Of a stretch of DNA of 64,000 bases, positions 56,877 through 64,000 are shown one piece after another. The position numbers were made by a program, and so were the translations under genes. Within the stretch, counting starts at the first letter, position 1. The number at the start of each line of letters is the position of its first letter. Location: positions 2,272,001 to 2,336,000 of the forward strand of contig CAVUDW010000002.1 in assembly GCA_963740355.1 (NCBI GenBank), read 5' to 3'. The stretch comes from an uncultured Gemmatimonadaceae bacterium (GTDB taxonomy: Bacteria; Gemmatimonadota; Gemmatimonadetes; Gemmatimonadales; Gemmatimonadaceae). The notes below the pieces were generated by a model. That model saw only the letters and a program-made list of their open reading frames with translations. It made no database searches and had not been told where the DNA came from.

Positions 56877-59336
56877 ATGCCCGTTTTCCGTCATTCCGCG
56901 GCTGCCATCGTGGCCGCTGTTCTCTGCCTGCCCTTCTCGCGCGCCTCGGCGCAACAGGAGGGCCCGGGCCCGTGCGCCCTCCCCGACTCGATCGTGGTGG
57001 AGGGCAATCTGCGCGTGAAGAACGACCAGATCCTGTCCGATGCCGAACTCGCGACGGGAGTAGCGCTGAACTTCAAGACTGTCCAGAGGGCCATCAAGCA
57101 GCTCTACGCGACAGGCAGCTTCAGTGATGTCCAGATCGGCTGTCGGGTGCATGACGGCCCGCCGATCCTTGCCAGCATCGTGGTCCGCGTCACCGAGCGG
57201 CCGCTGCTGGGCGACGTGGATGTCGTCGGCGGTGATCGCATCCCGACGCGCACGTTGAAGGACAAGGTCGACCTGCTCATCGGTCGCCCGGTCGATGCCG
57301 CCCTGGTCGCCAAGACGAAGCAGCGCATCGACTCGATCTACGAGGCCGCTGGGTTTTACCTCGCCCGCGTGACCGTTGATACGACGATGCTGGGAGACCA
57401 GCGCGCCAAGGTGACGTTCCGGGTCGAGGAAGGCCGCCGCCTCGCCGTCAGCGGCGTTCGCGTGGCCGGACTGAAGAATCTTGCGCCGGCCGACGTGGTC
57501 GCCACGATGAAGACCAAGCCGGAAGGGTTTCTCTGGTTCCGGAAGGGTGAATTCGACGAGGACAACTTCGCCGGCGACCTCACTGAGCGCATTCCGGAGT
57601 TCCTCGGCAAGCAGGGCTTCATCGACGGCGTCGTCGAGCGCGATACGCTGATCGTGGACCGTGAGCGCGGCAAGGGATTGATCGAGCTCTCGATTCGTGA
57701 AGGTCCGCGCTACAGCCTCGGAACCTTTGAAGCGCTTGGCAATCGCCGCTTCTCGAGTGAGGAAATCCAGCGCCTGTATCCGTTCCAGCCGCAGTCGATT
57801 TCGCTCACCGAGCGCGCCAAGTTGCTGCTGCGCCGTCGTGGGCCGTCACTGCCGCCGAACACCTTCGATCAGGGGCGCTGGGACGAAGGCACGCGCAAGG
57901 TGCAGACGGCGTACAGCAACGAGGGCTACATCTACGCTCGCGTGCGTCCGATCGTCGATCGCGACTCGACCGGTGGCAAGCACGTGGCCAACCTGCGTTG
58001 GGAGATCGAGGAAGGGCAGCCGGCGATCGTGAATCGTGTCGAAATTCTCGGCAACGATCACACCGTCGAGAGCTGCATTCGTAACGCGCTGTTGATCGTG
58101 CCGGGCGACGTGTTCAACCAGGATCGCCTCGTGCGCTCCTACCAGAACATCGCCAACCTCGGCTTCTTCGAGACGCCGGTGCCGAATCCAGACACGCGGC
58201 CGGACTCGACGGGCGATGTCGACATCATCTTCCGCGTGAAGGAAAAGCAGACCGGCAACGTGAACTTCGGCGCCTCAGCGGGTCAGGGCCTCGGCGTCGG
58301 CGGGTTCATCGGTCTGCAACAGCCGAACCTGTTCGGTCGCTGCAAGTCGGGCACGGTGAATTGGAACTTTGGTCGCTACCAGAACAACTTCCAGCTCTCG
58401 TACACCGATCCACAGATCCGCCTCTCGCAGGTGTCGGGCACGCTGAGCGCGTATCGCACGCAGAACCGCTACCAGAGCATCGGCGGTTTCTCGAATTTCA
58501 ACGGTGGCTACGGCCAGCCGATTCAGACTGGCGCCAGCCTGCAGTTCGGCTTCCCGATGCCGCGTTCGCCGTACACACGCCTCTTCCTCAGCTACGGCCT
58601 GGAAAGTGTGCGCTACGGTTCGTCCGGGTTGCTTGGCTCGCTCGCGTCACAGTTCACGGGCTCGAACATTCGTAGTTATGTCGGCGCCACGCTCGGGTAC
58701 GACACGCGAATCGACTTGCCGTTCGCCTCGGCAGGCGCGCAGCGCACGTTCACTGCGCAGTTCAACGGGCTTGGTGGTACGTCGCGATTCCAGCGCTACT
58801 CCATTGACCTGAAGAACTACGCAACGCTGACGCAGTTTGGCGGGTCGAAGCCAGGGTCACAGCCGATCAAGGTCGTTGCCGGCCTCACCGTGCGATCTGG
58901 CGCCGTGCTCGGAAACTCCGGAGCGTTCCGCTACACCCAGCAGTTCAACATGGGTGGTGTGCAGTTCGGCGAGCCGCTGCGCGGGTATCCCGAGTTCTCG
59001 ATCACTCCGGACGGCTACCTGCCGGACGCCAGTTCGAATGCAGCGGCGTACACGAATCCTGGCGCTGCCTTCTTCTCGAGCACGGCGGAAGTCGGTATCC
59101 GCTTCAACTCGATGTTCTACGTGAATGGGTTCTTTGACGCGGGCAATGTGTATCGCCGCGTGCAGCAGTTCGACCCGACCCGGCTCTTCCGAGGCACGGG
59201 CATCGGTTTGTCCACCGTGACACCGCTTGGGCCGCTTGGGCTTGACTGGGCCTACGGTATGGATCGTGTGGACAGTTTCGGCCGCCCGGCACCCGCTTGG
59301 CAGCTGCATTTCCGCCTCGGCGGTCAATCGTTCTGA
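56877..59336 (+). CDS. bamA: Outer membrane protein assembly factor BamA
   Basis: Signal peptide, POTRA-like repeats, LRGY, FFDAGN, TPLGPLGLDWAY, terminal Phe. Confidence 0.95.
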   Translation: MPVFRHSAAAIVAAVLCLPFSRASAQQEGPGPCALPDSIVVEGNLRVKNDQILSDAELATGVALNFKTVQRAIKQLYATGSFSDVQIGCRVHDGPPILASIVVRVTERPLLGDVDVVGGDRIPTRTLKDKVDLLIGRPVDAALVAKTKQRIDSIYEAAGFYLARVTVDTTMLGDQRAKVTFRVEEGRRLAVSGVRVAGLKNLAPADVVATMKTKPEGFLWFRKGEFDEDNFAGDLTERIPEFLGKQGFIDGVVERDTLIVDRERGKGLIELSIREGPRYSLGTFEALGNRRFSSEEIQRLYPFQPQSISLTERAKLLLRRRGPSLPPNTFDQGRWDEGTRKVQTAYSNEGYIYARVRPIVDRDSTGGKHVANLRWEIEEGQPAIVNRVEILGNDHTVESCIRNALLIVPGDVFNQDRLVRSYQNIANLGFFETPVPNPDTRPDSTGDVDIIFRVKEKQTGNVNFGASAGQGLGVGGFIGLQQPNLFGRCKSGTVNWNFGRYQNNFQLSYTDPQIRLSQVSGTLSAYRTQNRYQSIGGFSNFNGGYGQPIQTGASLQFGFPMPRSPYTRLFLSYGLESVRYGSSGLLGSLASQFTGSNIRSYVGATLGYDTRIDLPFASAGAQRTFTAQFNGLGGTSRFQRYSIDLKNYATLTQFGGSKPGSQPIKVVAGLTVRSGAVLGNSGAFRYTQQFNMGGVQFGEPLRGYPEFSITPDGYLPDASSNAAAYTNPGAAFFSSTAEVGIRFNSMFYVNGFFDAGNVYRRVQQFDPTRLFRGTGIGLSTVTPLGPLGLDWAYGMDRVDSFGRPAPAWQLHFRLGGQSF

Positions 59337-59359
59337 TCTTTTTCCTGGTGGAGTCTGCA

Positions 59360-60025
59360 ATGCGTGTCGTGAGTCGGATGATGTTGGGTGGTGCGCTGCT
59401 GGCAGCGGTGTCGGGCGTGGCGGGCGCACAGGGCGCGCCCCCGACGACGGCGCCTGCAGCGGGCGTGTTGAAGGTGGCGTACCTGAACTCGAACCAGGTG
59501 CTGGAAGGCGCGCCGGGGCGTACCGAGGCGCTGGCGCAGTTCGAGAAGGAAACGCTCCCGATGCGCACGCAGATGCAGCGCATGCAGGATTCGCTGCAGT
59601 CGATCATCGGTGAGTACCAGAAGGCGGCACCACAGATGACGCCGGCCCAGCGGTCGCAGAAGGAAGCCTCGATCGGCGCCAAGCAGCAGGAATACCAGCA
59701 GCGCGCGCAGGAGATGCAGCAGGCCGCGCAGGCGCGCCAGGAAGAGCTGATGGCGCCGATCATGGAACAGGTGAACAAGGTGATCCAGGACGTGCGCGCC
59801 GAGGACGGGTATGCGTTCATCTTCGATGCCGGCGCGCAGGTGCCGTTCATCGTGTCGGCCGACAAGAACCTCGACATCACGTCACGCGTTCTCGATCGAC
59901 TGAAGTCGCTCGGTGCGCCAAAGCTGCCTGCGCCGACCGTCGTCGCTCCGGCAACGGCGGGTGCGGTAAAGCCGCCCGCAACCGGTCCGGTCGCAGCACC
60001 GGCCGGCGTGACGCGGAAGCCGTAA
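59360..60025 (+). CDS. skp: Skp/OmpH periplasmic chaperone
   Basis: KVAYLNSNQVL, Gln-rich coiled coil, GYAFIFD, DITSRVL; between bamA and lpxD. Confidence 0.9.
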   Translation: MRVVSRMMLGGALLAAVSGVAGAQGAPPTTAPAAGVLKVAYLNSNQVLEGAPGRTEALAQFEKETLPMRTQMQRMQDSLQSIIGEYQKAAPQMTPAQRSQKEASIGAKQQEYQQRAQEMQQAAQARQEELMAPIMEQVNKVIQDVRAEDGYAFIFDAGAQVPFIVSADKNLDITSRVLDRLKSLGAPKLPAPTVVAPATAGAVKPPATGPVAAPAGVTRKP

Positions 60026-60029
60026 TTCG

Positions 60030-61076
60030 GTGACAGCAGCAAGACCGGGCGCGAAATCGTCGGCTGCGCTCAGCGCAGCCGCGATTGCTGCGGCCGTCGG
60101 TGGCACGTTGGAAGGAAGTGGAGTGATCGAAGTGACGCGCGTCGCCGGGCTCGATTCGGCTGACGCGTCGTCACTTTCGTTTTACAGCTCGCGCAAGTAC
60201 GCCGACGAAGCGGCCGCCACCAGTGCCGGTGTGCTGTTCGTTACCGCCGACCTCGCAGCAAGCGTCGGACACGTCGCCGCGCGCATCATCGTCGAGAAGC
60301 CGCAGGAATCGATGCTGGCCGCGCTCAAGCTGCTCTACCCCGCGGCCCCCGTCGTCGGTGGCGTACATCCGACGGCCGTGCTCGGTGACGGCGTGCAGGT
60401 GTCGGCTGATGCGTCGATCGGTGCGCGAGTGGTGCTTGGGGATCGCGTCACGATCGGTCCGCGCACGCAACTGTACCCCGGAGTCACGCTCGGCGACGAC
60501 GTCAGCGTCGGTGCGGATTGCATCGTGTATCCGAACGTCACGGCATACGCACAGACGCAGATCGGTGATCGCGTCATCGTCCAGTCCGGCGTCGTCCTCG
60601 GCGGCGACGGGTTTGGCTATGTCTTTGGCGGTGGAGCGCATCAGAAGGTGCCGCACGTCGGTCGTTGCGTGCTCGAATCGGATGTCGAGATTGGTGCGAA
60701 TACCACGATCGACCGCGGAAGCGTTGGTGACACGGTGATCGGTGCCGGCACGAAGATCGACAACCTCGTGCAGATCGGGCATAACGTGCGCATGGGAAAG
60801 CTCTGTCTCGTGATGTCGCAGGTCGGCATTTCAGGGTCGACGCGCATCGGGAACGGCGTGATCATCGCCGGGCAGGCTGGTCTTGCTGGCCACATCACGA
60901 TCGGTGACGGTGCCCGCATCGCCGGGCAGTCCGGCGTGTTCGGCGACGTGCCACCAGGTGAAACGTGGAGCGGGTATCCCGCGCGCCCGCATCGGGAGTC
61001 GCTGCGAGCCCAGGCCGCAGTGCACCGGTTGCCGGCGCTGCTCAAGAAACTGGACACGTCGAAGGACACCGCGTGA
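60030..61076 (+). CDS. lpxD: UDP-3-O-acylglucosamine N-acyltransferase
   Basis: Hexapeptide repeats, DGFGY, EIGANTTIDRG, KIDNLVQIGHNV. Confidence 0.96.
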   Translation: MTAARPGAKSSAALSAAAIAAAVGGTLEGSGVIEVTRVAGLDSADASSLSFYSSRKYADEAAATSAGVLFVTADLAASVGHVAARIIVEKPQESMLAALKLLYPAAPVVGGVHPTAVLGDGVQVSADASIGARVVLGDRVTIGPRTQLYPGVTLGDDVSVGADCIVYPNVTAYAQTQIGDRVIVQSGVVLGGDGFGYVFGGGAHQKVPHVGRCVLESDVEIGANTTIDRGSVGDTVIGAGTKIDNLVQIGHNVRMGKLCLVMSQVGISGSTRIGNGVIIAGQAGLAGHITIGDGARIAGQSGVFGDVPPGETWSGYPARPHRESLRAQAAVHRLPALLKKLDTSKDTA

Positions 61077-62350
61077 GCGCAGTACGTCGCCAGACCGTGC
61101 GTCAGGCAGCAACAGTGGCCGGCATCGGGCTCCACCTGGGCAAGCCTGTCACGCTGCGGTTCGAGCCCGCCCCGCCGCACAGCGGCATCGTCTTCGTGCG
61201 TGGTGACCGTCCTGGCGCTGCGCCGGTGCCCGCGCATGCGAGTATCGCGGTACTCGCCGACCGCCGCACACAGCTGGGTGAAGGCGACGACGCGTTTCAT
61301 ACTGTCGAGCATGTACTTGCAGCGGTGGCAGCGCTGCAGGTCGACGACCTGCGGATCGTGATGGATGCGGCCGAACCCCCGGTGGCGGACGGCAGCTCGC
61401 GGGCGTTCATGGCAGCGCTTCGCGAGGCGGGGATCATCGAACACGGCGGGCCAGCGCGATACCTGACCGTCACCGAGCCGATTCGTGTCACGGACGGCGA
61501 GTCGGTCTACGAGGCCACGCCCGCGTCGCGGCTCGAGTTGGATGTCTCGATCAACTTTCCGCACCCCTTGATCGGCGAGCAGGCGATCGCGCTGACGGTC
61601 ACCGCCGAGGCGTTCGATCGCGACCTGGCCGGTGCCCGGACCTTCGGTTTCGTGCATGAGGTGGAAGCGCTCCGCGCCGCAGGCTTGATTCAGGGGGCGA
61701 GCACAGCCAATGCCGTGGTGCTCGATGCGGACGGGCTGGTCGAGACGACGTTGCGGTGGCCTGACGAATTTGTGCGTCACAAGGCGCTTGATTGTGTTGG
61801 TGACCTGGCGTTGGCCGGTGCCCGTGTTCGCGGGCACATCCGCGCTTTCCGACCGAGCCACAAGGGCACGGTCCTGTTCGTCCGCGAGCTGCTCCGGACA
61901 GCGAAGGAGGAGACGTCGGTGCTTGGAATCGAAGAGATCATGAAGGTCCTGCCGCATCGCTACCCGTTCCTGCTCGTGGATCGCATCCTCGAGCTCGAGG
62001 AAGGGAAGCGCGTTGTGGGACTGAAGAACGTCACGATCAACGAGCCGTTCTTTCAGGGCCACTTTCCGGGCCATCCGATCATGCCCGGCGTGCTGATCGT
62101 GGAAGCGATGGCACAGGTTGGTGGCATGCTGATGCTCGGCAGCATTCAGGAGCCGGACTCGAAGGTCGTGTATTTCACGAGTCTCGACAACGTGAAGTTC
62201 CGTCGCCCCGTGAAGCCTGGCGACCAGCTGCGATTCGAGCTCGACGTGGTGCAGGTCCGCGGGCCGCTCTGCAAGATGCACGGCGTGGCGCGGGTCGAGG
62301 GCGACGTGGTGTGCGAGGCCGACATGGCGGCCATGGTGCGCCCGCGATGA
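61073..62350 (+). CDS. lpxC: Bifunctional LpxC deacetylase / FabZ dehydratase
   Basis: [26 protein letters not shown]; then [30 protein letters not shown]. Confidence 0.95.
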   Translation: MSAVRRQTVRQAATVAGIGLHLGKPVTLRFEPAPPHSGIVFVRGDRPGAAPVPAHASIAVLADRRTQLGEGDDAFHTVEHVLAAVAALQVDDLRIVMDAAEPPVADGSSRAFMAALREAGIIEHGGPARYLTVTEPIRVTDGESVYEATPASRLELDVSINFPHPLIGEQAIALTVTAEAFDRDLAGARTFGFVHEVEALRAAGLIQGASTANAVVLDADGLVETTLRWPDEFVRHKALDCVGDLALAGARVRGHIRAFRPSHKGTVLFVRELLRTAKEETSVLGIEEIMKVLPHRYPFLLVDRILELEEGKRVVGLKNVTINEPFFQGHFPGHPIMPGVLIVEAMAQVGGMLMLGSIQEPDSKVVYFTSLDNVKFRRPVKPGDQLRFELDVVQVRGPLCKMHGVARVEGDVVCEADMAAMVRPR

Positions 62351-63135
62351 CGACGCCGGTCACCAGTGGGATCCATCCGACGGCGATCATCTCGCCAACC
62401 GCCATCATTGGTGAGCGCGTCGAGATCGGTCCGTACGCCTACGTCGGCGATCAATGCGTCGTGGGTGACGGGTGTGTCATCGCCATGCGCGCGACGCTCG
62501 AGCGAAATGTCACGCTGGCCGCCGGTGTCAAGATCGGCATCGGGTCCGTGATTGGCGGCGACCCGCAGGATCTCAAGTACAAGGGCGAACATACCACCGT
62601 CGAGATTGGCGAGAACTCGGTCATTCGCGAGTACGCCACGATCAATCGAGGGACGACGCACTCGATGAAGACGACCGTGGGCAGCGGGTCGTTCCTGATG
62701 TCGTACGTGCACCTTGCACACGATTGCCAGGTGGGCAACGGCGTGATCATCGGTAACGGCACGCAGCTCGCCGGTCACGTCTCGATCGACGACCGAGCCA
62801 TCGTCTCGGGGTTGGTTGCCGTGCATCAGTTCGCGCGCATCGGTCGCCACTCGTTCGTCGGCGGTTGTTCGCGCGTGGCGAAGGACGTGCCGCCATACCT
62901 GAAAGCCGTCGGGAATCCGGTCAAGCTCTACGGGCTCAATTCTGTCGGGCTGCAGCGCAGCGGCTTCGACGAGTCGATCGTCCGCGAGCTGAAGCGCGCC
63001 TATCGTCTCGTCTTCCGCTCGGAGTTGAACGTGTCGCAGGCCATGACGCGCGCGCGGGCCGAGCTGCAGCCGTTGCCCGAGGTCACGGCCTTCCTCACGT
63101 TCATCGAAGAGAGTGAGCGAGGGATCGGCTTCTGA
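62347..63135 (+). CDS. lpxA: Acyl-ACP--UDP-N-acetylglucosamine acyltransferase
   Basis: IHPTAII, PQDLKYKG, IREYATINRGT, HLAHDC, VHQF, DVPPY, GLNSVGL. Confidence 0.96.
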   Translation: MTTPVTSGIHPTAIISPTAIIGERVEIGPYAYVGDQCVVGDGCVIAMRATLERNVTLAAGVKIGIGSVIGGDPQDLKYKGEHTTVEIGENSVIREYATINRGTTHSMKTTVGSGSFLMSYVHLAHDCQVGNGVIIGNGTQLAGHVSIDDRAIVSGLVAVHQFARIGRHSFVGGCSRVAKDVPPYLKAVGNPVKLYGLNSVGLQRSGFDESIVRELKRAYRLVFRSELNVSQAMTRARAELQPLPEVTAFLTFIEESERGIGF

Positions 63136-64000
63136 ACACACGCATCGGTGTGGCCGGCGCCGGTGGGCTCGGATTCCACCACGTGCGAATCCTGCGCGAC
63201 ATGCCCGGGATTTCGTTCGCGGGATTTTATGATGCGAATCCTGAGCGCGCAGCGAAGGTCGCCGAGGAACTCGGCGTGGTGGCACATTCGTCGCTTGAGT
63301 CGCTGATCGCATCCAGCGATGCGGTGAGCTGCGTTGTGCCGACGACTGCGCACCACGCTGTGGGAATGGCGATCCTTGGCGCCGGCAAGCACCTCTTCGT
63401 GGAAAAGCCGATTGCGGTGACGCTCGAGGAAGCTGATGCGCTGCTCGACGCGGCGGCTGCGGCCGGTGTCGTGCTGCAGGTGGGGCATGTGGAGCGATTC
63501 AATCGTGCGGTGCGTGCCGCATGGCCGCATCTGGCCGATCCGCTGTTCGTCCAGAGTGATCGCCTCGCACCGTACACACCACGCGGCGCCGATGTGGCCG
63601 TGGTCCTGGATCTCATGATCCATGACATCGACCTCGTCGCCACGATCGTCGGCAGCCCGATGATCGAAGTCAGCGCCGTTGGCGTGCCGATCCTCACCGA
63701 CACGCTCGACATCGCCAACGCGCGACTCGAGTTTGCCAGCGGCGCCGTCGCGACGATCACCGCCAGCCGGGTGTCCCGGGAAAAGACGCGCAAGCTGCGC
63801 ATCTTCCAGCGCAGCGGTTACGTGTCGCTGGACCTCGGTACGGGCGCGGGGATGTTCTTCCGCATGCGATCCGACGTCGATCCGCGGGATCTCGCTGCGC
63901 AGGCCACATCGCTCGAGCAATTCGTGGAGCCGGTTCCGTTGTTCGCTCCAGAAGGGGAGCCGTTGCGCCTCGAACTGGACAGCTTCATCGCGGCAATCCG
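63132..64000 (+). CDS. Gfo/Idh/MocA oxidoreductase, GnnA-like (partial; probable CTG start; not in ORF track)
   Basis: Manual translation: NTRIGVAGAGGLGFHH..VEKPIA..QVGHVERFN..DVAVVLDLMIHDID..TASRVS; open to window end. Confidence 0.85.
   Translation, partial: MNTRIGVAGAGGLGFHHVRILRDMPGISFAGFYDANPERAAKVAEELGVVAHSSLESLIASSDAVSCVVPTTAHHAVGMAILGAGKHLFVEKPIAVTLEEADALLDAAAAAGVVLQVGHVERFNRAVRAAWPHLADPLFVQSDRLAPYTPRGADVAVVLDLMIHDIDLVATIVGSPMIEVSAVGVPILTDTLDIANARLEFASGAVATITASRVSREKTRKLRIFQRSGYVSLDLGTGAGMFFRMRSDVDPRDLAAQATSLEQFVEPVPLFAPEGEPLRLELDSFIAAI

Overview
High-GC bacterial chromosome segment, almost entirely core genome. It is probably from a member of Gemmatimonadota, inferred from the 16S/23S appearance and gene complement; no database search was possible. 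Gene order: GlmU-like/manC/roadblock (minus strand); lipoprotein-serS-orphan histidine kinase-pcrA-gatCAB; Zn-PLC-like plus acidic-tail membrane protein (minus); murA-pgeF; rimP-nusA-L7Ae-infB-rbfA-truB-ribF; secDF; tatD-fhs-ridA-hyp-murI; lpxH (minus); an envelope cluster ending in rfaE2-rph-rdgB (frameshifted); tRNA-Pro/Arg/Lys; two His-rich exported proteins; a complete 16S-23S-5S operon; era-trm112-GGDEF-zinc-ribbon protein; prfB (programmed +1 frameshift)-lysS-lolC/E-lolD-mcsA-mcsB-clpC; bamA-skp-lpxD-lpxC/fabZ-lpxA-gnnA-like. I saw no mobile element, CRISPR array or defence system. The best novelty candidates are: (i) a pseudo-receiver diguanylate cyclase translationally coupled to a zinc-ribbon/RomX-like protein, with an orphan MglC-like roadblock protein elsewhere in the window; (ii) a possible internal FabZ start inside the LpxC-FabZ fusion; (iii) a His-rich barrel plus beta-propeller pair; (iv) two CTG starts in CTGA stop/start overlaps.
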